Below are positions 12,701 to 25,306 of a stretch of 64,000 nt of DNA, piece by piece (the first letter of the stretch is position 1; every line of letters begins with the position of its first letter). The position numbers were made by a program, and so were the translations under genes. This stretch comes from Klebsormidium nitens. Taxonomy: Eukaryota > Plantae > Klebsormidiophyceae. The DNA is taken from assembly GCA_000708835.1 (NCBI GenBank), contig DF237211.1, positions 50,697 through 114,696 on the forward strand, in the 5' to 3' direction. The notes below the pieces were generated by a model, which worked only from the letters and a program-made list of their open reading frames with translations, did no database searches and was not told the DNA's origin.

Positions 12701-14116
12701 CTCATGTGGTCAACATCCTCGATCAAGGCGGAATACGACTCCTAAATGCAGGTCGCCAGCTTTACTAGCTCTTGTTGCAACTACGGAATGGCATCCGTTT
12801 TCCAAGTAGTAACGGACAGAGGGTGGCTGTGGCCTAGAATTGCTTCCAACCCATCCCATCACAAATAACACTTTGCTTGAGCTCTGCTTCTCAATCAAAC
12901 TCACGACTGAGGTTGCATTTGTCTTGGCAAATGTACTTTTGTGCCGCTTCCATCGTTTTCCAGCTGCCCCGTGGGACATGGGTGCTTGATGAGCGAAGCA
13001 TGGCAAGCGCGCTTGTTCTCAGCCGCGCACCTGTGGTTTTTGCAGGCTCACCGGCGATTGCAGCAGTCGATGGAGGCGAACCTGCGGCGGATCCTGGAGG
13101 AGCAGCAGCGCCAGACCAGCAGCACGGGCGCGTCCGACTCGGAACCCTCGGGGCGCAGCGCGACGCAGTCGGAGCAGCAGTCGCTCCTCGCGCAAGGCCA
13201 GCAGCTGCTGCAGATGTCGCAGCGGCAGCTCACGCAGCAGACGCTCACCGCCCCCCGGCTGCCGCAGCTGGACCTGCCCCCCCCGAAGCAGCGCAAGGCG
13301 CGGGAGGTGTCGGAGCCGCCGCGGGCCAAGCGGCGCAAGCACGACGGGCAGGCGTTTCCGGGGGAGATGCCGGCAATGCCCAGCGAGCGCGCCCGCGCGA
13401 TTGCCAACGGGAGCTGGGGCACGCCGTCGCGCGTGCCCAAGGTTGGGACCCCTCCGTTGCCGCAGCAGGGGTCGTATTCCCCGCGGGCGGCAATGGCGGC
13501 GCCGCAGTATGTACCCTCGTATGGCATGGTCCAAGTGCAGCAGCCCCCGGGGAATGGGGGACATCCGTTGCAGCAGCGGGGGTGGCCGTTGATGCAGCAT
13601 GCGCAGCAGGGGGGGTTCGGGCAGATGCCGACACCAGGATATGGCCCCCCTGGGGAAGAAGGGCAGGCTCCGGTGGATGGTGGGTATGATTCGCCAAGGC
13701 ATCGACAGGGCAAAGGGAACCCCGGGGCGTCGAATCTGGGGGAGGGTCTGGCAAGACGGCACAGCCAGGCGGCACTTGCTCCGGACGGGACTGTAAGCGG
13801 CAGTCTCCAGCCGGGGGCCCCGTATGACGGAGTTGTGCATGGGGTGCAAGCGCAAGCCCCTCCAGAGCATCCAACGCAAGCAGGGCCAGTGACAGGGCCT
13901 GCACTTGACGTACAAGAGAATCCAAGCGAACCAGGGGACGGGAGCGAGGGGCCCGGGGATATGTGGGCACAGCAAGAGGTGCACCTGTGGTTAAACGATT
14001 CTGATCAGATGCCACCTGGTTCGTTAAACCAATGGGATGACGGTGGGGCCACAAACGGCTCAGGGGGTTCAGACGGTTTGGGGAACCGGAGAAGGGCGCT
14101 GAGGGCAAATGCCTGA
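9799..14116 (+). CDS. PHR1-like: MYB-CC (GARP) transcription factor, PHR1/PHL/PSR1 family
   Basis: MYB domain KQRLRWTPELHERFIKAVESLGGPD|RATPKRILELMEVKGLEVSHVKSHLQ|KFRIA across exons 10339-10750, 11215-11291 and 11565-11613. Coiled coil MDIMEALRMQMEVQKKLHEQLE|AHRRLQ. Long Gln/Pro-rich C-terminal exon ends at 14116. Exon structure near 11873-11983 is unresolved. Confidence 0.9.
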
Positions 14117-15161
14117 TCTGAGTGTTTGATTGTTCTCTACACGGTATATGATGTACCTAATAAAGAGAAATAAACTAAGAAAGACACAGTCAAAAGCGTG
14201 GTTGCTTTTCCTTTTCTACGGCGCGGTCGAGGTGTACACTGTACGCTTGGCTAATTTCCTTAATATTTGGGTGAACAAAAAGCTGAAACAGCTTCCAACC
14301 TGGTTCATGTTCATTCATTGGCGGAATACATTGGAGACCCTCATTTGCACCAAAACTCCAACCTACTGCACTGCTCGGGCGGCACGGCGCGCCCGCAGGC
14401 CCGCATGCATGCATGGGCCAAGTCTCGTCCGTTTCACCATGTACCATCATGACGATTCTATTGCATGGACATGAATTTTGGCTAAGCCTAACATTAAGGC
14501 CGGCCCATCCATGTACACGTACGTGCAAATTGACTATGTTGATCCGACTGCAGAATGATCCAGGCATGCAACATCACGTCTAGCTTGTTGAAAGTAATGC
14601 ATCACAACTTTTGTGGCGCTGAGTTCATGTGTGCTGCCATGCACTGCACATTGCAATTACTTGGTTGAATGCCCTCTGCGCAATGAGTGTGCTTTGACTG
14701 ATGTCATGTGCGTTTCGACTCTTCCTTGCCCTGCCACTGCACAAATCTGGGCGCACAGACAAACAATTGCTGCCTACCTGTGTATGATGCTCAAGTTAGG
14801 ACACTTTGATCTTGGCCCCCCGCTCTGCAAGCAACTAGATGCATGCCAGGTCAACCGAGTCGCTTTCTTCTGAATCCCTACTGTGTGCATGTATGTGTCC
14901 TTGAGCTTTCTGTACAACAGACTGGGAGTGCCAGCCTTGGCCTATCCAAGTGTATCCTGATTCGAACCTTCAACTGACCTTAAGGAGCTGGAGGAGCGTT
15001 GACCATCATAATTGCAGCTGCCGACTATATACAATCTCATTCTGACTTCTCCTAACATCTCTCAAGAGCCTAACTACGCTGAAGATCCGCCTGCACAGCT
15101 GCTTACTGAAGCTCTTCCTAGTTACAAACGGGCACTGATTGTCGATGTACGATCCCTCGCT

Positions 15162-18100
15162 CTACTTGCAGAGTCTGGTCGGTCCTTCTTTCGGGTTGTA
15201 GTAGGTCGGATCCAGGACTAGAACATCTGCTCGGATCGTCATCAGCCCGTCCTGCAAGTAGGGGCTGTGTGGCCCTATTGCCTCCTCCCACGGGATGCCG
15301 AGCCAGTCATGGAACGACCAGTCTTGCTGAGGCCCTGCAGTCGCAATAGGAAATGCTCGTAGGCTGGGCCACAATGAGTACTAGCGTGCAGCGCTTGCGC
15401 TCACCGTAGGCGGATGATCTTGTCAGATGCCAAGCTCACCAGCCTTCCATCCACAATCCCGCGTCTGACAATTGAACCAGGCCTGCAAAATTACTACTAG
15501 TAGAACGGAACCACTTCTTTTTGAGGGTGTCCAGAACAAAACCGTGAATGCAAGCTCACGAAACGGAACGACAGAGAGTAACCTTCCGTCAGAGTAATCT
15601 AAAAGAAGAGGAAATGCTTTGCAAACAAATCGGCGCCGTGAAGGTCGACCTACCGGGAAAGTCTCCCCCTTTGACGAACCCACGGGGGCTGATGAAGTCC
15701 CCCGATGGCTGGGTCTGGACGAGGAACTCGCACTCTGCCGTCCCTTTACTGGAACCGACCCTCCACAGCCTAGTAAGACATTGAATGAAGAAGCAACGCT
15801 CTTTGATCGTTTAACATGTTGAGTCCCCGCGGGGACGTGATCCATCTGACGCAGAGTTTGTCTGATTTGGGACCAGACAAAACCAGATACTCACGGAGTA
15901 ACACGCAACAAGGAGAAGAATTGAACCTTCTGCCTGGACGCGTGGCAACCCTGTCAAACAGCGCATCGACGTCCCCAGGCGAAGCAAAGGGAACGGCCGG
16001 TTCGATCTGTTCAAATGAATCCAACATTCAACTGACCTTCAACTCGTCGACTGAGTTCAACCGTTCAACTACTGATCAACGTTCAACGGCTGATTCAGTT
16101 CAACCGTTCAAATGAACCGCTGTCCAACTTTGTTCTACTGCGGCCCTCAGGTCAAACGCCATCACTGGTAAGAACGGGGATTTAAAAGACATGTTAGGAT
16201 GAGGCGATCTTTATCAAGTTAACGACACCCACCCGATGAACATGGCGTACGTGCCGGCGTCGTTGGCGCGGCTGCAGCGGCTGATCTTGACGTCGAACTC
16301 GTGGGCGCCCACCCGGAACTGCGGCGACTGCAGGCTGCCGCCGTTGAGCGTGAGGCCCAGGAACTGCTCCAGCCGGAACTGGAAGGTGAAGGACACGAAG
16401 TGGCCGTACCGCCGCATGCCTGGAGCGGAATAGGAGAGCCGTTGGTAGCTTTCTAAAAATATAAGAAAGCTGCCTGAAATATGGATTTCTCCTGCTAGCA
16501 GTAGTGGAAGGTGAAGGACACGGAGTGGCCGTACCGCTGCATGGCTGCAACGGAGACAGAGAGCTTGCTTGAGAACTGGGAGGCGGAGAAGGTGCCTGAG
16601 TAAGACCTGCAACTCACGGCCCGGAAATGGAAGGTGAAGGACACGAAGTGGCCATACCGCTGCAGGCAGGAAGGGGAGCATCAACGGTGACTTGGTTGTA
16701 GACAGGAGAAAAGATTCTTGCGTGATTTATGCACCTTGTCTGCTAGCGGTTTCCATAAGGGGTTTGCGGGACAGCGGCCCGATGGAGACTAGCGAGAAGC
16801 GGGACACCCACTCCGAGAGGCTCGAGAAAGCAGGATCCGCGAAGAACAACGAAGTTAGACAGGAGAAAGTTAGAAGGACGAAGAAGCCAAGCAGCATCAG
16901 AACTCGAGAGGGTTCGAGCTAGAGGGCTGCGGTAGTGAAAATCAGAGCAGCTACCGTGCAATTGGCTGCCTGACCAACATCTGCTGAATACTCCGTGCCA
17001 CGGTTTCGTCCATAACCTTCCTCTGTCCAGGTACCTTAACAACCTGTACGCTCGATTGATGAGGTGTCTACCCTACCGTTTTGTTTCCGTACCCAATAAA
17101 ACTGGGTATGCTGACCAAATTGTTTAAACCGATTCACGGCACTTACGATACCGGCTGTGCTCCATGGTGGTGACCGCCAGCTCTTGCCGGCGCTCCTCTG
17201 AGAAGGCCTTGTACCAGAGCGCCTCATTGATCAAGTCACGACCGACCGGGGTGTCCAGCTCGGGCGCCTTGGCGGCGCAATCGTACAGGTACTCCCCGGG
17301 CATGAACGGAAACCTGGAAGGGAAAATGATAAGGTTACATTGGCTCTTGATCCAACAATATACCATACGCTGCGGAGCCAGTGCGGAGTCGTACGCCAAG
17401 CAGACAAAACGGCTTTGCTCCAAGGAAAAGCACATCGAAAACAACCTGCTCGTGTTGAACATTTCATCTTTGCATTTCCCCTGCCTATCATGGTTTGCCC
17501 GGCTCAGTGTCTCTCGTATCTCCTTTCGTTTCCACATCGGGATTGCTGTCAAAGTCGATTATAATCCGGGATCCTTCCTCTTACCTGATGAGGGGCGCTA
17601 GGCGGGCCACAGCCTCGTCGCGCTCTTGTCTGCAGTCTGCCGGATAGTGGTAGCGGATCCAGGCCAGGAACACCTCGAAGACTCGGGCCTCTGCCTCGAC
17701 CATGAGGTCGCTCTTGAGCAGGTTCTCCATCACGGGGAGGGGCACCGTCTTCAGCTGCTCAAAGTGGTCCGCCTGGCTCAGCCCCTTGAAGTTGCTCACC
17801 TACGCCAGAAGAAAAGCACTCTTGTTCGAAGTTTACTGATGCAGAGGAAGTTCGATTGGAGTTGCTCTTAGTGCCTCACGTTCTCTGTCATTGTGCGCAG
17901 TACAAAAAACGAGTAAGTAACAAAAGTACATTTCTCATCACAGCAATCGCTGTAGTTTGCAGTTCCAAGAACGCAACTGCTTGTGTTGGTTTCGCGAAAT
18001 TCTTTGAAACATGCAATTCGAAGCGCCCTCACCAGGAAAGTGCTGCACGACTTGACCACCTTCTTCAGAGGGCCGTACGTCTGTTGGAGGCTCTCGGGGA

Positions 18101-19557
18101 GCGTGAGGAAGAAGAGGCTGTTGGCGAGTGTCAGTGGGAGGCGCGCCAGGGAGCGCACGCACTGCTCAGCGCAGGCGCGCACCTCGAAGCGGTCTGCCAG
18201 CATTAGCAGCGTCTTGATCTCTGTGGGATCGGTGACACTGTCGAGGACGTGGCCACCTCCGAACATGAAGCGGAGGAGAAGGATCATGGGGCGCTCCTCT
18301 GTAGAACGAAAGGAATAGAAGCTGAGAAAGAAAAGAAGCGACAGGGCTCAAGTGCATCCACGTGGCTTAGACTGACTTCCAGGAAGGAGACCGTAACTTT
18401 TGACTACGTCTGAGAAGCACTATACTGCATTCAGGCAGGTGCAAAAGTCCGTTGACTTGCCTTTCGGTGAGAAGCATGAAAGGACTTGACCTCGGAACAC
18501 TGGCTTTGAGAAGTTCCTTGTTTTGTACAAACATCTAGAAACCTCTATGACCATCTCAGGTGGTGTGGGGCGCTCTTAAGATGTAGTTTCACTCTCGCAC
18601 AAGCCTGCACTGAGAAGCAAGGGCCAGCAAGTAAAAGATTGATAACCAAAGTAGCTATACCTTCCGGAAAAACCTCCAGGGTCACATTCTTCTGCATGGA
18701 CTCCTTGAAGCCGCTTGGTCCAAAAAGCTTCATAAAGTACGCGCTCCGTCCCGCCAGGATTGCTGAACTGACGTGGATGGAGCGGGTGCGACAGTTCTGA
18801 GGCATCCCACTGCTGGATGCATCTGTTCATGCGCAAATGTGGACCATCAGAAGACATGAAATATCTTGCTCACTCAAATGGATGTCACCTCATGTCGATG
18901 ACGGTTTTTTCAGGTAAGTGCTGCTCTCAGATTTACTAAGTCCAGCCAAAACCTAATGGTGGTACAAGATCATGAATTCACTAATGCACATTAAATCAGA
19001 GACGTTTGAGAACAGAGAAACAGCACGCAATTTTTGCAGATGACGGAGCAGAGATATCCCACAAAGCAGTACAATCCAAAAATCTGTTAACTTTCTGAAT
19101 TTCAAAATCCTTCAACATTCACTCCAGTTGGAGGAAAGAAGCTTAATGAGCTACAAATAATAATAAACTATCATTGAAGCCCTCAAAACCACGAATTTCA
19201 AGGGCAAACTAATAAACTCGCCTACAATGTTGTAAAAACAGAGGATTTGAGGAGTAAGGCGACAAGGACGTAACACCAAATATGACAGGCCAGAATGGTA
19301 CGTACTGGGAACGGACGAAGCGCCAATGAGAGGGAGTCATAGAAAATTAAGCTTGCAGCTGTTGAAGGTAGGAACCAGATGTTGCTTGGATGTGACGTTT
19401 CTTACTTACCACCACTTGTCAGCGTCAGCTGGCCCAAAGGAATTGGACTGTCTTTGACTCTCAACTGAAGCACTCGGTCACTAAATGCAGCATTGTCATA
19501 CGCAAAGCTGAAATCATTGGTTATACAGCAAACGTCAGGTTCACCATCCGTTTCCAT
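15162..19557 (-). CDS. LRB-like: BTB/POZ-BACK protein of the LRB/POB1 family (CUL3 adaptor)
   Basis: Start METDGEPDVCCITNDFSFAYDNAAFSDRVLQLRV, resembling LRB 'DFGFAFNDSNFSDRLLRI'. BTB: RSIHVSSAILAGRSAYFMKLF..GFKESMQKNVTL. Also LLMLADRFEVRACAEQC, BACK segment EARVFEVFLAWIRYHY..LAPLIRFP and C-terminal WLGIPWEEAIGPHSPYLQDGLMTIRADV. Stop at 15162. Confidence 0.85.
16372..16670 (-). repeat. Three copies of a 3' splice site plus exon start (BTB gene): the real acceptor and two intronic copies
   Basis: ggaaggtgaaggacacg(a/g)agtggcc(g/a)taccgc occurs at ~16381, ~16506 and ~16629 on the + strand. Each is followed by ctg (minus-strand cag acceptor). Confidence 0.85.
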
Positions 19558-20347
19558 TTTGCAATTAAACTTGCTCTGCACTCTTGCACTGGGGGCACCT
19601 CACTTTGCTGCTTGCAATTGAAACGATCTTTTGGTCTTTAAGACTGATATCTCTAATGGAAACTGAAATCCGACCCCATAACGAAGTTGCCAAAGTGAGT
19701 CCTGAAAGTTCAGCGGGCTACAAATCACGAAGCCGCCAGCAGTTGAGAAGCTTGACTTCCATTGAATACATAAATGATAATGTAACTCAAAGTAGGCGAG
19801 AATGGGTACATTTACTACAGCTGTTGTAGGCTCTAGACCACTGGCACCATTGCATGCGTCCCCTGCTGCACTCTCCTGCTGAACTCTCTAGTGTAGGGTA
19901 AACACCAAGCTGACTTGAAGTTGAGGATGAAGCACCATTGTGGGAAGACTCAAGAGGTCTGGACAACCGCCGCCATTACCCCGAGGGGAAGTCATCGTAT
20001 CGAACGGCTGAGAATGTCCAAACCAAACCAGATTAAGGTACCTATGAGTTTGCCAAACCGTCCACGATTGCTTTCCGACCAATCACATTGCTTCCACGTG
20101 GAGACTGGTCAGTAGTCGGCGGATGGACCGGGACAGTTGTCACGACACGCGTCAAGGACACAACGATGCGCGCCAATGCCAATGGAGTCACGGACCACGG
20201 TGCTCAGGCTGATGTCAGTGTTTTCAGTCGCTCCGAGTCCAAGTCACTCCACCTTCGAAGTCTGTGCGAACGACACTTCCCTGATCAGTTTTCATTCATA
20301 ACAAACTGCTGTTCGAAGACAAGAGTCTTGCCTTGGAAATCGCAAAA

Positions 20348-23300
20348 ATGGCGCCTTCTGCAGGTCGCAATCTGCTCCTTATAGGAGCGCTATTTGTGCT
20401 CTTCGTTGGTGCCAATGCACAGAACGGGACTACAATTCAAATCAACGTAAGGTCTTGCATGGATCTTTGTTTAGTTATGCAGCTTCGTAGTGCCGCATTG
20501 CTCTGTGTGGTACACTTTTGAAGGTCCGAGCTCCCGCAATGCATTGTCTTATAAAAGGTGCTTTTCCAAATGGTCCTTGACAAAAGTGTTTGTTCAATTT
20601 TGCAATTCGTGTTGCATTCCAATTGTAGAGGTGCGAAAGCTGACTTTATGATTTCAAATGAAGTGCTGGTCAATGATCATCTTCCTTACCTGCAGCAAGT
20701 GGGCTTTAGACTGTCTTTTCTTAGCTTGGAGACTGGGCAAGTGGTTTCTACTGCGTCGTCAGGAAGGGCGCTCTCCAATCTTTGGAAGCAATACATGAGC
20801 TGCTGTTGTATAAAAGGTTCTTGATTGGTGGATCTTTTCAAACTACCTGTGAAATAAAGGAGTTGTCACTACAGTTGCAGAACTGGATACCTTCTTTTGA
20901 CCAGTGGTGAGATTCACTGAAGTTGACCTCCTCTTTGCTCCCAGTTCATCGCCGCCAATGGGCCGGTGGTTGTTGGAAAGTTCCTCCAGTTCACGACCCT
21001 TCTCCGAAACAGTGGACCGAGCAGCTACAATGGTTCCAATGGTACCAATGTAACTGTGGTGTTCAATGGGACGCTGAGCGTCACCTGCTCTGGTAAGGGT
21101 TTAAGTGACAATTCTCCTATGCTTCTTGATCTTTCCAACTTCCAGACTGTGAAACCAGAGATCTCTTGGATGCTCCACAAAGGTTCTCCGCAGATGCTCA
21201 TAAAAGGTGGCACCTTTAGCATTCGGCTTTCTCGCCATCAGTGCCCCTAGCTAAGATGAGATCTGTGCTTCTTGACACTGGCATTGAGAGAAAGTTGATC
21301 AGGGGCAGTCCCCTGATGCTGTCATCAAGACACTCCTTCTGGCCCACCTTCCAAATTGCTGGAGCACTGCCCAAGATTGGAGCAGCAATTACTGGTTGTC
21401 TACCTTCATTCGCATCTTTTCGGGACTTGCATTTGTCACTTCCCCCCCAATTGGAGTTGCGGAAGCCAAGGGTCTTTGTTTTCTGTCTGAATGGAGACGA
21501 CTGCATCATCGGTCAATTGTTTAAGGAGTTTGGTCCAGAAAGTATGTCTGGCCAGGTGCGTATATGCTTGGCGAGACAACACAGAGAGCGTTTTTGTTCA
21601 GACATGCATGCTTCAAGCATCACAATCTCCTCTTGTTCGTTCCTAACGCCCCACGTTGCTCCTTCTTGAGCCAACGCATCATACAAGTTCTGCCTTTCTT
21701 TCTGGAATTGCAGATGCCTACCTTTTGAACGTCAACTCCACCCTCGCCAGCCCTGGGTGCAATGAGCAGATCACCATCCCACCCTATGCGGTTGGCAGCC
21801 AGCTCAATGAAAGCTACCCTGGTTGTGACGTCAACCCTCAGGGCCTGATTGACCTAAACACCACCACCGGCCCCGTGCGATACCCGACATCGGTTACTGC
21901 TGATGGCCATACTGCCACCTGGACGGTAAGGCATCTCCAGTTGCAGACACTGATCAATGAGCTATCTTTTTTACTGGTCTGCATTGATGTTTAGACCCGG
22001 CAAATTGGGATCAGAAGCTTCAATCGCCTGTCGTCATTTGGAACTCACCTGTCCAACGGTTTCACCTTCTTGATTTTGCAGCAGGATTGTCAATGCTAGC
22101 ACCTAACAAGGAGCGAAAGAGTGCCTCCCATGACTGGAATCCAGCATCTTTTCTCTGTAAATGAACCTCCCAGTCTGTCTTTCCTTCCTTTCTGCTTTTG
22201 TTCAGGTTCTTGGACAAATTTTGATTTGAAAGGAACATGATCGCACAGACACCTCCACTATGTTCGCTGCGCAATTCTGGGTTCAGGACCTCGCCCTTTT
22301 TGACGAATGGAACACAAAGGAAAAATTCATCCGACCCTATTTATCTGTTCTGCTCGCAGAATGTCATCCTCGCTCCTGGCGTCACCACGGCTCTTCCCGT
22401 GGTTGGCTTCATCCAATACCAGCAGCCCATCCTGTGCCTGGCCACCTTTGGACCGTCTGACCCGACAGGAGCCAACTCCACCATTCTCAATGCGCCGAGC
22501 GGCGTGAACGGGACTTCGTCAAACACCCTCCAGAAGGGCACCATCTTCAACAGCATCCTGCAGCCGGTGAGGTGTTTTGACAGCTGTTACTGCCCTGTTT
22601 GTGTGCAAGTGATGTACAGTCTATCAGAAACAGTCTGCCCTACATTGTCGCGTCCTGAGGACTGAACGTCAGAGTGCTGGGGAGGGGCTTGCATGCAATG
22701 AAGTTAGGTGCTTTCATTTGCGACTTGGAACGAAACGACACTTGGTTCTGGCACGATTTGCAGCATGCAACCTAAACTTGTTCAAAATCCGAACCAAAGA
22801 TGTCGAGGATCCAGCAGGTTTCTGCTGGTGAGACTGTGATTACTGGCATATGGTAGCTTCCTTCCGCGGGTGCATCACACTGTACTGTGTCATGTAGAAG
22901 GCTCTCTCCATTGTCTTCAAATTCTTGTATGTAACGGCATGCTCCGTTCTTGTTGCAGCCCAACCCGCCTCCGAACCCCCCTCCCCCGAACCCTCCTCCG
23001 CAGAACCCTCCCCCTGCAAACCCCCCACCTGCNNNNNNNNNNNNNNNNNNNNNNNNNNNNNNNNNNNNNNNNNNNNNNNNNNNNNNNNNNNNNNNNNNNN
23101 NNNNNNNNNNNNNNNNNNNNNNNNNNNNNNNNNNNNNNNNNNNNNNNNNNNNNNNNNNNNNNNNNNNNNNNNNNNNNNNNNNNNNNNNNNNNNNNNNNNN
23201 NNNNNNNNNNNNNNNNNNNNNNNNNNNNNNNNNNNNNNNNNNNNNNNNNNNNNNNNNNNNNNNNNNNNNNNNNNNNNNNNNNNNNNNNNNNNNNNNNNNN

Positions 23301-23659
23301 NNNNNNNNNNNNNNNNNNNNNNNNNNNNNNNNNNNNNNNNNNNNNNNNNNCCCCCTCCCAGCCCAATCCCGCCACCCGGCCAAACCCTCCCCCCGGCTAA
23401 CCCCCCCCCCGGCCAACCCCCCCTCCCGGCCCAATCCCCCCTCCGGCCAATCCCCCTCCCGAAAACCCGCCCCCCCTCAAGCCCTCCTCCCGCAAACCCC
23501 CCTCCCGCAGTTACAGCTGGAAACGCAACCGCTGCCCCTGGGCCGAAGGCGGCTCCGGCGCCTGCGCCGACAACCGCTCCCGAACCTCCGCCTTCGCCTA
23601 CTCCTACTCCCACTCCTTCTCCTACCACTGCACCGTCGTTCCCACCTCCTTCCGCTTAG
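20348..23659 (+). CDS. Secreted chimeric proline-rich glycoprotein (signal peptide, Cys-containing beta-rich domain, NPPP-repeat/AGP-like tail); exons 20348-20446, 20945-21092, 21714-21925, 22360-22566, 22959-23659
   Basis: Signal peptide MAPSAGRNLLLIGALFVLFVGANA. Many N-x-S/T sequons. Exon phases are compatible. Last exon reads PNPPPNPPPPNPPPQNPPPANPPP...APAPAPTTAPEPPPSPTPTPTPSP and is interrupted by an N gap. Confidence 0.7.
23033..23350. other. Assembly gap (N run) inside the proline-repeat exon
   Basis: A run of n from 23033 to 23350, flanked by C-rich Pro codons. Confidence 1.
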
Positions 23660-23721
23660 TTCCTGACACACGGGTGAGTGCCGAGATTTTGTCAGGGATG
23701 GACTTGGCGGCATGGTACTTG

Positions 23722-23916
23722 ATTGGTGGCTTGCTAAGAGCGCGAAAACGGATCAGAAAGAGAGGTATTGTACTTTACTGGACCGAAGACAAAATGGAAT
23801 CAGATGAATCGGGCGACATGGTTATATGAATTGGTGGCTTGCTGAGAGCGCGAAAACGGATGAGAAAGAGAGGTACTGTACTTTACTGGATCGAAGACCA
23901 AATGGAATCAGATGAA
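23722..23916. repeat. Direct repeat, 2 x ~87 bp, 3' of the glycoprotein gene
   Basis: attggtggcttgct.agagcgcgaaaacggat.agaaagagaggta.tgtactttactgga.cgaagac.aaatggaatcagatgaa at 23722-23808 and 23830-23916. Confidence 0.9.
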
Positions 23917-25306
23917 CCGGTCGTTCTGGTCCAGTATTGAGTTATCTTGTTCCTGAGAATGTTAAATGGCACCCTTCAAGTTGGTCGCAGGATACTCCGC
24001 ACAGGTGACGAATCTTCGGGCTATTTGCAGGTTAATAAAGCTGCTCTTCTCAAAAAACCGCGCTACTCTGAAGGTGGTAACCAAGGTTTTCTGCGTGGCA
24101 AGAAGGCAGGTTTTCTGCGAGTTCGACACTTTGCAAGCACAGTAACTTATTTAGGGTGACTCCCAATGTCATCTGCTGACTTCTTAAGGTCGTTCTAGAG
24201 ACAGCACATGGTGGATACTGGCACAGTAGACTCTTCTTTTGTCTTTGTTACACCGCACAACCGTTGCACTTAACTTGTCTTGTGTAGGAGTGGAGTAGGA
24301 TACGACCAGATTTCTAGACAACCTGTTGCAACTTGTCTTTAACCTTTTTCAGCTTTAGGGGGTCACTGTTTACAAAGACTGATGCTTGGGCAGGTAAAAC
24401 TAACTAGAGTTGCACGTGAACCCCTCTCCTCGTCTGGATATGTAAAGGCCCCTCCACTGTTGGGCCCCAGCTTGGTCTCACAAAAATCGTCACAAAGCGG
24501 TGTCCCTGCTTCAGGCTACAGAGAGCTTTTCACTAGATCAGTCGGTGCGGCGTTTGGTGCAAGAGGACGTCATGCATCTGTGGTGTGAGCATGGCTTTAT
24601 GCCCATGACGCAATATGTGCACGATCTAGATGTGCACGATTGAGTGCTTAATATGTATTGCTGTTGGACATGGTCGCCCTGGATAAAGTTAAGTTCGATT
24701 TGTGCCAGCTGCTGAGAGCTGCATATCAATGAATGCACCATACAAATTGCAAATTTCATGCATCTCAATCACTTGAGATTCCACTGGCGGGGAGGCCTGA
24801 ACCAACATACACTGCATTTTCACGTATACCTGCCTGCGCCTAAATTTTATCTATTTTTTGGATGGTAAATCTACAATTATTGATGCCGCGCGGGTCCACC
24901 ATTGCACTTGCATATGAGTAACCTAGTGCATGCACGCATGTGCGGCATTCCATGTTTTAATAATTAAAAATAAATCAGCGTTGAAGACATGCATGATCAG
25001 GGATGTGCATGCTGTGACTAATTCTGCAGCACCCGGCGCCCGGCGGCTCGATCATTGATTTCGGCATATGCGTGGCCGGCCATGCACGCGCATGGCTGAT
25101 TCACTGAGAATATCGATCAACGTGCTTGGCGATTGTGTATAAAACCTTATACATTGAGTCCAATAAGTACATGTGTACGGTTATCCTGGCACGCAGCCAT
25201 GTACATATGCACATTGTGGTCATGGACACTGTGGAATATGATATGGCTACTACAACGACCGTGACGGTCACTAACCACATAACCATCGTGTACAATGTCA
25301 ACGGGA

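Noticed and set aside
13019-14108. Long antisense ORFs (321, 287 and 221 aa) over the PHR last exon, and similar ones over SFI1 and IRX14
   Set aside because: Expected shadows of GC-rich coding sequence, with no recognisable motifs.
21241-21669. 142-aa ORF within the glycoprotein gene
   Set aside because: The flanking exons (ending 21092, starting 21714) join in phase without it and no motif is recognisable. A cassette exon is not fully excluded.
22772-23666. Several long ORFs across the N run
   Set aside because: Artefacts of translating Ns; only the Pro-rich + strand exon is supported.
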